From a virus (taxonomy: Duplodnaviria; Heunggongvirae; Uroviricota; Caudoviricetes), in the IMG/VR virus record IMGVR_UViG_3300037962_000518, positions 71,960 to 135,959 of that record: a stretch of 64,000 nucleotides of DNA, one strand, 5' to 3'. Both the position numbers and the translations under genes were made by a program. The notes beneath the pieces were generated by a model. The model saw only the letters and a program-made list of their open reading frames with translations, ran no database searches and was not told the DNA's origin. Of this stretch, positions 48,010 through 57,526 are shown piece by piece. Within the stretch, counting starts at the first letter, position 1. Every line of letters begins with the position of its first letter.

Positions 48010-48200
48010 AACACCCTCATATCAAAACTATAATTAATACGGTGACACAACTCTTTCGCAGATTGCCTATCTATACCCAGTTCATTAGCAAATTGTTGAT
48101 GTAGATCGACTCCCTCTGCGATAAGAAGACTTGCTCTCGGCTGTTTGTATATCTTCACAAAAGCTAATATATGTTCGTCGTTGATAAGATTATTTTCCAT
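48006..48200 (-). CDS. hypothetical protein
   Basis: GGAG RBS; DRQSAKELC. Confidence 0.5.
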   Translation of the reverse strand: MENNLINDEHILAFVKIYKQPRASLLIAEGVDLHQQFANELGIDRQSAKELCHRINYSFDMRVF

Positions 48201-48567
48201 AATAAAATCTCCAAGCATCTTCAAAATATTCTTCTAAAGCTTGCCCACCTTCATAATAAAATTTATATTCGCATACCTTAATAAGGTTGTTAATGTGTGT
48301 TATAGTAGATTCACCAACCACTCTACGTTCTCCGCTATACAAATAATCATTCAAAGCCTTTTGCAATCCTATATCACTGATATAACTATTTAGTTCGAAG
48401 AGTATATCATAGATTATCACACTTTCCTTAGCAGGAATACAACTTTTAAGGTATTCCTGCACTGACATAAAACCTACATCCAAACTGTTTACATCATCTT
48501 CAGAAGTACGACAAGATAATCCTTCCATGAATAAAGCTTTGATTTTAGATTTATCTAATTCCATCAC
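48190..48567 (-). CDS. hypothetical protein
   Basis: coupled ORF. Confidence 0.55.
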   Translation of the reverse strand: MMELDKSKIKALFMEGLSCRTSEDDVNSLDVGFMSVQEYLKSCIPAKESVIIYDILFELNSYISDIGLQKALNDYLYSGERRVVGESTITHINNLIKVCEYKFYYEGGQALEEYFEDAWRFYYGK

Positions 48568-48788
48568 AACACCTCCCGAATCATGCTCAACTTCTCACCA
48601 CTGGTCATATCCCAATCACCAAGAACTTCTTCAATAGTCTCTATCTTTTGAAACAAATCTTCTCTTGCCATAGCGTAAACAATTGCACCACCTTTTTCAT
48701 TCCTATCACTAGCAAAGTTTTCCATAAGTTGTTTCACTAAAGGATCATCCTTGTTTTCATATTCTAAGGTTACTGTTAATTTACTCAT
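48564..48788 (-). CDS. hypothetical protein
   Basis: coupled ORF. Confidence 0.55.
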   Translation of the reverse strand: MSKLTVTLEYENKDDPLVKQLMENFASDRNEKGGAIVYAMAREDLFQKIETIEEVLGDWDMTSGEKLSMIREVL

Positions 48789-49095
48789 TCTCCCACTCCT
48801 TCAACTCATATTCTAAATCTTCAACCCTACTCTCAAGGTGATCAATCTGCCTGTCAGCACAAGCTCTGATATCCTCATTAATAGTACGGCATCCCTCAAA
48901 CACATCCTCTAACGCTTCATACATCGCATCAGATGCATCCTTGATATAAGTCTTAACACTAACAGGTAAATCATACTCATCTAAGAAAGGATTATTCTCT
49001 AATACAATACCAGTAATCTGTTCATGAATAATATCCTTAGCTTCATCAATTAATTTATCTAATGATGGACAAGTGTATCCGTGGTCTAATGGCAT
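48781..49095 (-). CDS. hypothetical protein
   Basis: GGAGG RBS; YTCPSLD..CRTINEDIR. Confidence 0.55.
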   Translation of the reverse strand: MPLDHGYTCPSLDKLIDEAKDIIHEQITGIVLENNPFLDEYDLPVSVKTYIKDASDAMYEALEDVFEGCRTINEDIRACADRQIDHLESRVEDLEYELKEWENE

Positions 49096-49097
49096 GA

Positions 49098-49349
49098 TCA
49101 ATCCTCCCAAACCTCTTTACTACTCAATTCAATAAGTTTATCAATAGCACTTCCCATATCCATATCAACTAACTCTTGATATTCACTAATCCTTTTCTCC
49201 AAGTCAGTGACATAATCACTTGCAATAGTCCAATAATCACCATTGTAATTAGAATCATAATCGAATGCACGATCATACTTTTCTTCAAATGTTTCCTCAT
49301 AAGGAGCAGGAATACCATAACATAAATCTTTATAAGTGTAATGTGCCAT
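49098..49349 (-). CDS. hypothetical protein
   Basis: GGAGG RBS. Confidence 0.55.
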   Translation of the reverse strand: MAHYTYKDLCYGIPAPYEETFEEKYDRAFDYDSNYNGDYWTIASDYVTDLEKRISEYQELVDMDMGSAIDKLIELSSKEVWED

Positions 49350-49352
49350 TAA

Positions 49353-49511
49353 TCACCTCCAGATAAAATACACCAACACAACAAACACTCCCCACCAAAG
49401 AATCTCTGATAAGAATCCTACCTTTCCATAATAATGTTTATCCTCAAGAAAACAAATAATCAAGAGGTAGATTGTCACCAACACTTTGAATGAGAAGATT
49501 ATTGCTTCCAT
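49353..49511 (-). CDS. small two-TM membrane protein (not in ORF track)
   Basis: 52 aa, two hydrophobic stretches. Confidence 0.45.
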   Translation of the reverse strand: MEAIIFSFKVLVTIYLLIICFLEDKHYYGKVGFLSEILWWGVFVVLVYFIWR

Positions 49512-49514
49512 AAA

Positions 49515-49715
49515 TTAACCTTTTACTTCCAAAGCACTCACTTTCTCACAAATATCCTTTGCATCTGAAACAGCTTGTTGCAACTCAATAATCTCTAGTT
49601 GCAAAGCACGAATCTTATCAGGATATGTATCTGTGATGAAACGTTGCTTTTGCAAAATTACAGTTTTCTCATCAAGAGTGATTTTACCAGAGTTGATAAT
49701 TTTCTCAATGTTCAT
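49515..49715 (-). CDS. hypothetical coiled-coil protein
   Basis: coupled ORF. Confidence 0.5.
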   Translation of the reverse strand: MNIEKIINSGKITLDEKTVILQKQRFITDTYPDKIRALQLEIIELQQAVSDAKDICEKVSALEVKG

Positions 49716-50302
49716 AGTTTTTCCTTTAAAGCAGATAACTCTTTTTGAAGCTCATCCATCTTAGCTTGACATTCTTCATATTGCAATTGTGCTTCAGATT
49801 TCACTGGCTCTTCAGATTTTTCTTTACGTTCCCATACGAGAGGTAAATCTTTCCTAAGGTGGATATTTTTGTACTGAACTCGATAAACTTTGACAATATC
49901 CCATTCATCAGAATTGTCACGACCAAAAAGTAAATCCTCTTCAAAATCATCTAATCCTTCCCAACCTAAATCTCCTAATTCTAAGAGTACATTATCTTCT
50001 AGGACAACATACCGACTACCATTTCTACACTCCACCACATGTTTACCAGCTACTAAATCATCTTTTGTAAATGTATCTTTATTCGTCATACCAATTTTCT
50101 CCTTGAATTGTTGTTTTGTTAAATATACACCATGACCTAAATATTCTGACACATAAAAATCGTTATCGTAGAAGTGGTAACTTAAACACCTCTTAACATA
50201 CCACCCATTGACTGTATCAACATTATAATTCTCCTCAATAAAATCCAACATCTCTTGATCAAAATCATCAGTATAAAAATTCTCGCTAAACTTCTTCATC
50301 AC
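49712..50302 (-). CDS. hypothetical protein (FTK.DL..G..VV domain)
   Basis: paralogous domain with 60682-61281. Confidence 0.6.
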   Translation of the reverse strand: MMKKFSENFYTDDFDQEMLDFIEENYNVDTVNGWYVKRCLSYHFYDNDFYVSEYLGHGVYLTKQQFKEKIGMTNKDTFTKDDLVAGKHVVECRNGSRYVVLEDNVLLELGDLGWEGLDDFEEDLLFGRDNSDEWDIVKVYRVQYKNIHLRKDLPLVWERKEKSEEPVKSEAQLQYEECQAKMDELQKELSALKEKL

Positions 50303-50514
50303 ACAATCTCCTCTTTTACAAATTTAATCTTGCTAGAAGGAACACCCTCTACACCTTCGCTAATGTACACAATAGCTTTCGCCTTGTCAACTCCTTTCGC
50401 TGAAACTTCTTTCACTTTCTCCACCACTCCATCTTCAGAGGTAATTGTGTATGTCAGGCGAAACTTTGGTAATGTGTACATCTTTTCTGAATTGTAATAC
50501 TCATTCATGCTCAT
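50299..50514 (-). CDS. hypothetical protein
   Basis: coupled ORF. Confidence 0.55.
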   Translation of the reverse strand: MSMNEYYNSEKMYTLPKFRLTYTITSEDGVVEKVKEVSAKGVDKAKAIVYISEGVEGVPSSKIKFVKEEIV

Positions 50515-50827
50515 TAGCTTTTTCCTTTTGTTTGTTGTATCTTAGGTCATTCATTAACTCATCGAATGTAAGTTCTGATAAGTTGTCTCCGTCTGGGTTA
50601 ACCTTCTTTAAAAACTCTTCAGATAAGTGAATGTTTCTGTCCTTAAACTCTTCTAGTATACTTTTAAATGGGGTTTCCCAAACAAATTTACATGTTACGC
50701 TTTTCCCGTCAAAATCTAAAAGGTTCTTGTAACCTCCCTTACACAAAGTGAATCTTTCACCTAGTAAATCAACCCTTGTTGGGTGGTTAACAATCTCAAC
50801 CAAATCACCTTTCTTAAAATTACTCAT
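50501..50827 (-). CDS. hypothetical protein
   Basis: FKKGDLVEIV; GGAGGAG RBS. Confidence 0.6.
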   Translation of the reverse strand: MSNFKKGDLVEIVNHPTRVDLLGERFTLCKGGYKNLLDFDGKSVTCKFVWETPFKSILEEFKDRNIHLSEEFLKKVNPDGDNLSELTFDELMNDLRYNKQKEKANEHE

Positions 50828-50858
50828 ATCTCCTCCTCATAATTAATCTCTACCAACA

Positions 50859-50887
50859 ATCCTACACACTAACAATAACAATGTCAA
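50859..50887 (-). promoter_or_regulatory. sigma70 promoter (divergent pair, left)
   Basis: TTGACA-17-TAGGAT. Confidence 0.7.
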
Positions 50888-50922
50888 ACATAAATTTAAT
50901 TTAAAATATTTAATATTATTGC

Positions 50923-50956
50923 TTGACAAGGAAATCATTACTCTTATAATGAGTAG
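50923..50956 (+). promoter_or_regulatory. sigma70 promoter (divergent pair, right)
   Basis: TTGACA-16-TATAAT; -10 in loop of TACTC/GAGTA. Confidence 0.7.
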
Positions 50957-51018
50957 CATCTTAATCAAAACGTGTTCACTTTCAGGATACGTTCAGAATA
51001 AATGAACAGGAGATAACT

Positions 51019-51225
51019 ATGATTGAATTTTTAAAAGGTTTAGAATTGGTATGGTTGGTTTGGGTAGGTGTGACTTTTGCTTTGACAGGTTTTAGTTGTA
51101 AGAATTACATCACCTACTTTAAAAGTCTAATTGTAAATAAGAGTCTTAACCAAGCCATTTTGGGAAGAGTAATTGATTGGTGTTGGTTAGCAAGTGTATT
51201 TATTTTAACAGTTAAATTTATTTGA
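51019..51225 (+). CDS. small membrane protein
   Basis: two hydrophobic helices; AGGAG RBS. Confidence 0.55.
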   Translation: MIEFLKGLELVWLVWVGVTFALTGFSCKNYITYFKSLIVNKSLNQAILGRVIDWCWLASVFILTVKFI

Positions 51226-51236
51226 GGTAGGTGATT

Positions 51237-51443
51237 ATGAAACAACGTCTAACAAAGAAAGCTGACTTCCACAGCAACCCTGACATTAAAAAGTATGAAA
51301 TCTTACACCAAACGGAACTTCGTGTACAAAGGTTGGAACGTATTATTGAAGATTTATTGTTCTGGAAGAAAGACACTGTTTATTACAATCAAGCTAAAGA
51401 AGAGTATATTAATGATTATTGCGAGGTGACCAAGCATGACTAA
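51237..51443 (+). CDS. hypothetical protein
   Basis: ORF with RBS. Confidence 0.55.
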   Translation: MKQRLTKKADFHSNPDIKKYEILHQTELRVQRLERIIEDLLFWKKDTVYYNQAKEEYINDYCEVTKHD

Positions 51444-51717
51444 ACATATCCCATATTTCGATATCAAAAACTTTTGGGTGAAGAATTATTCGAAAGGGAC
51501 ATACCGTTTGGGGCAGATGTTTCTAAGCTTAACATTAAAAAAAAAAAAACTTGGACAACAAGCAGAATCATTTTACCCTAAATATTATCAGCTTTGGAAT
51601 GAAGATGATCCTGTTTTGGCAGAAGATATGATTTATGAAATTATCGATATGTACGATTGGGATTTACTAAATATACCTGTTGTTAGTCCAGAACTTTTAT
51701 CGGAGAGATATGTATGA
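51436..51717 (+). CDS. hypothetical protein
   Basis: RLGQMF..LW motif; contains A13 run. Confidence 0.55.
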   Translation: MTKHIPYFDIKNFWVKNYSKGTYRLGQMFLSLTLKKKKLGQQAESFYPKYYQLWNEDDPVLAEDMIYEIIDMYDWDLLNIPVVSPELLSERYV

Positions 51718-51899
51718 TTTTTAATAGAGTAACAGAAGATGATGCTAAATATTTGATACTATTTCACGACCTAAGAAAACATTCTGTGAAAGATAACTGG
51801 TATAATGCCCTTGGTGAATTAGTTATTGTGAAAGATGAGAATATATGGTATAAACACGACGAGAGGCTTTCACCTTTAGAAATGGAGAGATATGTATGA
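51714..51899 (+). CDS. hypothetical protein
   Basis: coupled ORF. Confidence 0.5.
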   Translation: MIFNRVTEDDAKYLILFHDLRKHSVKDNWYNALGELVIVKDENIWYKHDERLSPLEMERYV

Positions 51900-52114
51900 G
51901 GTATGTAAAAAGTTTCTTAACTGAATTAAGGAATGATACAGATGAAAACTTAAACACATTAAAAAGTGGAGTTGATGTTATAACTATGAAGGGGCATAAA
52001 GAAGGCAATATTATTTACAAACAGCCCGATAAGGTAGAGCTAACATTATCAATTCAAATGTCAATGGAAAGATATGAATTATTAATGACAATTTTACATG
52101 GAGAAGATTTATGA
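51896..52114 (+). CDS. hypothetical protein
   Basis: coupled ORF. Confidence 0.5.
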   Translation: MRYVKSFLTELRNDTDENLNTLKSGVDVITMKGHKEGNIIYKQPDKVELTLSIQMSMERYELLMTILHGEDL

Positions 52115-52539
52115 ACAAAAAATATTACACAACCAGTTTTAAACAAGAACTTGCATTACGTGAAAAACCAATTCACACAGTACAACTACAGATAGATAGT
52201 CTTAAAGTGTTTATGAGTGCTTTAGGTTATGTAATCGCAAACGTTGAACATTTTAAAATAGCTGGCCTAAGCGGATTTGAATACATAGGTAATCATGACA
52301 TCCATTTCCCACAATTCATCAGTTTCCAAGATGCGCAACGTTTGCATAATGGTGTTATGTATCGACAAGTTGGTAATGACTTTATTGATGTACTAGATTT
52401 TAAATTTAAGCTTCACATCCCTTATCATGTGTGGAGTAAAGCTTTAAGAAGTAAACTTGTTGAACAGGTTAAATTACAGAAGTTGAAGAAAGCTCCTTAC
52501 GTTAAAGTTCAATCTCATTATGTAAAGTTGGTGGATTGA
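52111..52539 (+). CDS. hypothetical protein
   Basis: coupled ORF. Confidence 0.55.
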   Translation: MNKKYYTTSFKQELALREKPIHTVQLQIDSLKVFMSALGYVIANVEHFKIAGLSGFEYIGNHDIHFPQFISFQDAQRLHNGVMYRQVGNDFIDVLDFKFKLHIPYHVWSKALRSKLVEQVKLQKLKKAPYVKVQSHYVKLVD

Positions 52540-52541
52540 TT

Positions 52542-53087
52542 ATGATTAAATATGAAGCTAAAAGGCTCTCTAACGAACGTAAATCTTTCTGGAAAGTGTT
52601 TGTATTGGTTAATATTATTTTAGCTTGTCTGTGCTTCTCAGAAGCTGTATTTGGAAAGGAATACATACATTCTTGTGAGTACTCTGATAGGCAGACAGAA
52701 TTAACTAGTTTAGCATGTAACGTCTACTTTGAGGCGAGAGGAGAGTCACGAGCAGGGAAAATTGCAGTTGCATTAGTGACACTCAATAGGGTACAATCAA
52801 ATAGATTTCCTGATGATATTACAAATGTTGTGTATCAAAAGTATCAATTCTCATGGCACAGTGATGGATTATCTGATAAAGTGAAAGATTTAAAAGCTTG
52901 GAATAATGCGATTCATATTGCAAGTTATGTTCTTGGTATTGATGATAAAGAGTACCCTTACGTTGACATCACTGATGGAAGTTTATTTTATCATTCTGTA
53001 AAAGTGAATCCCCTTTGGGCTAACGAAGGTAATATTATTGTAAGGATTGATAATCACTTATTTTATAAAGAGGATTTGAAGAAGTGA
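52542..53087 (+). CDS. SleB-like cell wall hydrolase (Hydrolase_2) with N-terminal TM/signal
   Basis: LACNVYFEARGE..AVALVTLNRV..FP..VVYQKYQFSW. Confidence 0.88.
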   Translation: MIKYEAKRLSNERKSFWKVFVLVNIILACLCFSEAVFGKEYIHSCEYSDRQTELTSLACNVYFEARGESRAGKIAVALVTLNRVQSNRFPDDITNVVYQKYQFSWHSDGLSDKVKDLKAWNNAIHIASYVLGIDDKEYPYVDITDGSLFYHSVKVNPLWANEGNIIVRIDNHLFYKEDLKK

Positions 53088-53107
53088 AAAATATTTGAAA
53101 AGAGGGA

Positions 53108-53136
53108 TTGACTATTATGAAAAGGTTGTATACCAT
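53108..53136 (+). promoter_or_regulatory. sigma70 promoter
   Basis: TTGACT-17-TACCAT. Confidence 0.55.
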
Positions 53137-53182
53137 TTAAACATCTTGAAACAGTGTTCAAATTTTAATTAGGAGAAATATT

Positions 53183-53539
53183 ATGGAATTATGCGACTTG
53201 CAATCTTTAGGTGATAAATACCCTTTCCACAAATTTACCATTGTAATTGACTTTAAAGAGTTTGTTCCAGAGGAGATTATCAGTTGGAGAGGGAGTTATG
53301 ACACACCTGCTATCCTTTATAGTAAAGAGGGTGAATGTACTGGAGAAGATTTCAGTAGAATTATTAGCAACGGCATTTATAGACCTATCAGTGGTTATAA
53401 AGGTGGTGAGTATACATTTTTCCCAGATCATGTACCTTACTTAACACCTTGTGATTCAGCTAATAATTACTACCAGATCACAGCCTTCTGTGTGTCAGAG
53501 GACGAGGTGACTTTATTAACAGAAGAAGTTACATACTGA
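53183..53539 (+). CDS. conserved hypothetical protein
   Basis: SWRGSY..GYKGGEY. Confidence 0.6.
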   Translation: MELCDLQSLGDKYPFHKFTIVIDFKEFVPEEIISWRGSYDTPAILYSKEGECTGEDFSRIISNGIYRPISGYKGGEYTFFPDHVPYLTPCDSANNYYQITAFCVSEDEVTLLTEEVTY

Positions 53540-53550
53540 GGAGAATAACT

Positions 53551-53763
53551 ATGAAACACTTTGAAACAGGTATTATTATTGGGGCTGTCGTTGCGCTTTT
53601 AGGTGCGGTATTAGGTAGGGAGTTGACTGATATGACACACCCTGTAACATATGAACAATCTGTAGAAGCTGTTAGTAAATGTAGTAACGGTGAATGGGAA
53701 AAGATTGGAGATGACTACATCTACTGTAAAGATGGTGGTAAATATGAATTGGAGAATAACTAA
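53551..53763 (+). CDS. small membrane-anchored protein
   Basis: N-terminal TM; C..G......CKDG. Confidence 0.55.
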   Translation: MKHFETGIIIGAVVALLGAVLGRELTDMTHPVTYEQSVEAVSKCSNGEWEKIGDDYIYCKDGGKYELENN

Positions 53764-53945
53764 TGATTTATGCAAAAGATAACAATGGTGAACTACGTCA
53801 ATTTACAATGGATGACCCTCTTGCAGATGTAGAGCAGGTTAGTACAAAAGATAAAGTATTAGCGTGTAAGATGACTGCATATCAGGAAGCAGGGTTAATA
53901 TTGGAAGGTGCTGTATTAGCTGTTATTGAGGGAGGTAAGGAATAA
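53763..53945 (+). CDS. hypothetical protein
   Basis: TAATG overlaps both sides. Confidence 0.5.
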   Translation: MIYAKDNNGELRQFTMDDPLADVEQVSTKDKVLACKMTAYQEAGLILEGAVLAVIEGGKE

Positions 53946-54118
53946 TGTTAAAACGTTTATTAATTTTCGTAGTAATATTTTTAATGGGTATGTCGTGTGT
54001 ACACTTTGGTGGTGTTGAACCTTACACTAGTGATTTTGGTTTTGGAATGTTACTTTCATTTTTCTTAGCGGGTGTAGTAGCTGTCCTATTTACAGAGGAT
54101 ATTCAACATGAAAAATAA
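53945..54118 (+). CDS. small two-TM membrane protein (not in ORF track)
   Basis: 57 aa hydrophobic. Confidence 0.5.
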   Translation: MLKRLLIFVVIFLMGMSCVHFGGVEPYTSDFGFGMLLSFFLAGVVAVLFTEDIQHEK

Positions 54119-54266
54119 ATATGAATTATCAAATGTGGGTGGTTTTTGGGAAGTGTTTAATCTTTCTAACAAAACCACTGTTTACGTAAGTGAAGATAAG
54201 GCTAAGTGTGTAAAGGTGTTATCTGATTTACAAAAGGGTAAACTCACAGAAGCAGAATTGCGATAG
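54108..54266 (+). CDS. hypothetical protein (not in ORF track)
   Basis: 52 aa, GAGG RBS. Confidence 0.45.
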   Translation: MKNKYELSNVGGFWEVFNLSNKTTVYVSEDKAKCVKVLSDLQKGKLTEAELR

Positions 54267-54277
54267 GGGAGAATAGT

Positions 54278-54550
54278 ATGAACAAACAAGACTTTAAAAA
54301 AGCTCTACTTGAACGAAAGGAACGTTTGACAGAGGAAATGGATGAGTGGGTGGAAGAGACTCTTCTCCCTATTGCTTCTGAATCCATGTACAATGGAAAC
54401 AAAACTGTCACTGTTGAAGAAGGAAGTATTCCTCCAGAAGTTAGTTTGAAAGAAATGAGTGGTTATCTTAAGGAAAATGGATTTGATGTGACAGAGGTAG
54501 AGGCTGTTGATAAGAAGATGATTGATTTTCTAATTGTGGGATGGGGTTGA
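54278..54550 (+). CDS. hypothetical protein
   Basis: GGAG RBS. Confidence 0.55.
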   Translation: MNKQDFKKALLERKERLTEEMDEWVEETLLPIASESMYNGNKTVTVEEGSIPPEVSLKEMSGYLKENGFDVTEVEAVDKKMIDFLIVGWG

Positions 54551-54551
54551 T

Positions 54552-55682
54552 ATGAGTAAGGTTTATAAAACTAATATTACAAAAGGGTATTGTTTTCAAT
54601 GGTCAATCTCTAAGTCGTGCATGGAATTTATAAGTAACGCTTTAGATGAAGGTGGTTACGATATTACCACGGATAGTGAAAATGGTGTATTAGAAGTTAC
54701 AAACTTTAATGTTAAACTCGACCCTAAAGTATTAATGTTAGGGCTATCATCTAAAAGAGGTGACGACACTAAACGTGGTATGTTTGGTTGTGGAGTAGCA
54801 ATGGCTATTGCAGCATTATTAGATCAAGGTTGTAACGTAACTATCTATAATACCGATATTATTTGGGAATGTAGTTTTGATTACTGCCAAGAATGGGACT
54901 ATGAAGTTCTTACATTTAAGGAGTACCCTAATCCATCCCCTACCTCTAATCTTACTATAATGGTTAGTGGTATGGAATCTTCTGATGTAGAGGAAATTAC
55001 ACAGAGAACACTTGTATTACAAGACAGAGAGGTATTATTCTCTACTCCATATGGCGATGTGATTGAGAATGGAGATGACCAAGGTGAAGTATTTTGTGGT
55101 GACATGTATGTTTGTGAGAATAATGGCTTCAAATACTCATACAACTTTAAACCAAAAGTATTACCTTTGAATCAAGATCGTAATGCTGTAGATAATTGGG
55201 AACTAAAGAAGCTTACAGCTAGAATTTGGAAAGAGTGTCCAGATCAAGATCTACTTATGGAAGCTATTAAATCTAAAAAGGAAGATTGTTCTTTGGTAAT
55301 GGATAGTTTTTGGTCAGGTAAGTCTGGTAAACTATCTGTGTCAGAGCAATTCGGAGAAGAATTCTTAACAGAGAATCCTAATACTATTGTGACAAGTGAT
55401 TTCTCTGAGTACGAAAGTCATGTTAAATGTGGTAACAAGGTTAAGTATATTGATAATAGTAACCAAGTTAAATCGATCAAGGAAAGTGATGTTTATAAAG
55501 AAATGCTGTGTAACCTCACGATTATAGAGGAAGAGTCTAAGGAAACACGGCTACATACAATCAGAGAAGCTTTACAGAGTTATGTGGACGATCACTCAGG
55601 TAATGATGAAATATATGAAGGGAAGACTTTACAAGACTATTTGGACGAGTTAGAATCTATCATTGATAATGAAATTTATTAG
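54552..55682 (+). CDS. GHKL (HSP90/rIIA/MORC-like) ATPase domain protein
   Basis: EFISNALD, LGLSSKR, RGMFGCG. Confidence 0.75.
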   Translation: MSKVYKTNITKGYCFQWSISKSCMEFISNALDEGGYDITTDSENGVLEVTNFNVKLDPKVLMLGLSSKRGDDTKRGMFGCGVAMAIAALLDQGCNVTIYNTDIIWECSFDYCQEWDYEVLTFKEYPNPSPTSNLTIMVSGMESSDVEEITQRTLVLQDREVLFSTPYGDVIENGDDQGEVFCGDMYVCENNGFKYSYNFKPKVLPLNQDRNAVDNWELKKLTARIWKECPDQDLLMEAIKSKKEDCSLVMDSFWSGKSGKLSVSEQFGEEFLTENPNTIVTSDFSEYESHVKCGNKVKYIDNSNQVKSIKESDVYKEMLCNLTIIEEESKETRLHTIREALQSYVDDHSGNDEIYEGKTLQDYLDELESIIDNEIY

Positions 55683-55709
55683 AAGGAGTATAACTATTGG
55701 AGAAGTAAC

Positions 55710-56513
55710 ATGAAATATAGAGACTTATTCACAGATTATGATGAAGAAGAAATACTCAGGTTTGAAAATTACTTAACAAGTTTATCATCAGCAGAGATTG
55801 AAAATTTATATGATTACTTGATACAATTAAGTGTAGATGAGAATCTTAAGATAAATGATACTCTATTAGATGGCAGAATATCTGTTAAAGGAAGTAACCA
55901 AGTAGAGTTTTCTGGTACTGGCGAACATTCTTCACAAGAAAGTAGTGCTTATTTAGATATTTATCTTGACAACATACTTCTAGGAGAGTTAGTATTCTAT
56001 TTAGAACAACGATTCTCATCAGAAGGGTATATAACAAGTTTAGAATTTATTGAGGAGGAAAATGCTATGGCAAAATTGAGTGAGAGGGTGTATGGTGTAG
56101 AATACCCTTGCCCGTGGGAAAATGGCAGTAAGCCAATTATATCTCATGAACATATAAAACAAATGAACAAACCAATTACATTAAAACAGGAGAATATTAT
56201 GAATAATACAACTACTAACACCCTACGTGAAGTGACAATCACACTTGTTGATAACAATGTTAACCTTGAAGATGACCAACGTGTTGTTTTCCAGAAAAAA
56301 CGTGTACGTACAAGCTTCACAAATGAAGAAACTAAGATGAATACGATTGCATCTGGTGAAGTTATGGAAGCACTACAGAAGCATAATGAAGAAGTACGAT
56401 TAAAGACTACAAACGGTGATATTCTTGATCGAACAGGTCGTGATGTAAGTTTGAAAGCGATTAAACTTTTAAGTGATCCTGATTTGGAATGGCGTATTGT
56501 AGAAACAGCGTAA
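55710..56513 (+). CDS. hypothetical protein with nested in-frame starts
   Basis: internal RBS+ATG at 56067 and 56199. Confidence 0.55.
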   Translation: MKYRDLFTDYDEEEILRFENYLTSLSSAEIENLYDYLIQLSVDENLKINDTLLDGRISVKGSNQVEFSGTGEHSSQESSAYLDIYLDNILLGELVFYLEQRFSSEGYITSLEFIEEENAMAKLSERVYGVEYPCPWENGSKPIISHEHIKQMNKPITLKQENIMNNTTTNTLREVTITLVDNNVNLEDDQRVVFQKKRVRTSFTNEETKMNTIASGEVMEALQKHNEEVRLKTTNGDILDRTGRDVSLKAIKLLSDPDLEWRIVETA

Positions 56514-56532
56514 ACTTTTACTAAAATAAATA

Positions 56533-56581
56533 TTGACATCATAAGCTCATGTGGATTAATATCTGCGTGAGCTTTTTATTT
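56533..56581 (+). promoter_or_regulatory. sigma70 promoter embedded in terminator hairpin
   Basis: TTGACA..TAATAT; 13-bp stem AAGCUCAUGUGGA/UCUGCGUGAGCUU, loop UUAAUA, then UUUAUUU. Confidence 0.75.
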
Positions 56582-56596
56582 ATCAGGAGAATTATT

Positions 56597-57511
56597 ATGA
56601 AGAATAAGAAATTTATCTACACGGTAGGTGTTAGTTGTTCAGGGAAAACTTCTTGGGTAGAAGAATTCTTAAAAGAAAGTAACAATGGAGTGTCTTACGT
56701 CAACATTAATCGTGATAATATCAGAGGATTCTTATACACAGGTGGTTTAATTAATTGGAAAGATTATAAATTTACTAAGGATAAGGAAAAACGTGTTACA
56801 GAAGTACAACATTACCTTATTAAAGATGCTGTTGAGAAGGGTAAAAATATTATTCTTTCTGACACCAATTTAAACCCTAAGTATATTGAAAATTTCAAAA
56901 CTTGGGACTGTTTAAAAGGTTATGAATTTATTGAGAAGGTGTTTCATGTAGACCTATTAGAAGCTTTAGAACGTGATTCTAAACGAGAAAGCGGTGTTGG
57001 TTATAAGGTTATAACTTCTCAGTATAAAACTTACTCAGAACGTTTTCTAAGTAAAGATTGGCATGACCCAGAAAAACATTACGCACCAGATGCGGTAATT
57101 TTCGACATAGATGGAACTCTTGCTGAAATGCATAACAGAACACCTTTTGAATGGGAGAAGGTTGGTGATGATAAACCTCGTACAGAGATTATTATGATGG
57201 CAAAAGGTTTAGTATGTGCTGGATACACACCCATCTTTATGTCAGGTAGAGATTCTGTCTGCATGGATCAAACACAACAATGGATTGAACAATACTTCCC
57301 TGAATTAGAGGGACACTTTCATCTATACATGCGACCACAAGGTGACTGTAGAAAAGACACCATTATTAAGAAAGAATTGTTTGACAAGTATGTTGACCAT
57401 AATTATAATGTGAAATTAGTCTTGGATGACAGGAAAAGTATTGTACGTATGTGGTCATTTGAGAAAGGTTTAAATGTTGTGGATGTTGGTAATCCGCACG
57501 ATGAATTTTAA
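56597..57511 (+). CDS. pseT: polynucleotide 5'-kinase / 3'-phosphatase
   Basis: GVSCSGKT, NRDNIR, DTNLN; HAD FDIDGTLA, SGR, DDR. Confidence 0.92.
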   Translation: MKNKKFIYTVGVSCSGKTSWVEEFLKESNNGVSYVNINRDNIRGFLYTGGLINWKDYKFTKDKEKRVTEVQHYLIKDAVEKGKNIILSDTNLNPKYIENFKTWDCLKGYEFIEKVFHVDLLEALERDSKRESGVGYKVITSQYKTYSERFLSKDWHDPEKHYAPDAVIFDIDGTLAEMHNRTPFEWEKVGDDKPRTEIIMMAKGLVCAGYTPIFMSGRDSVCMDQTQQWIEQYFPELEGHFHLYMRPQGDCRKDTIIKKELFDKYVDHNYNVKLVLDDRKSIVRMWSFEKGLNVVDVGNPHDEF

Positions 57512-57526
57512 TAGAGGAGAAATACT

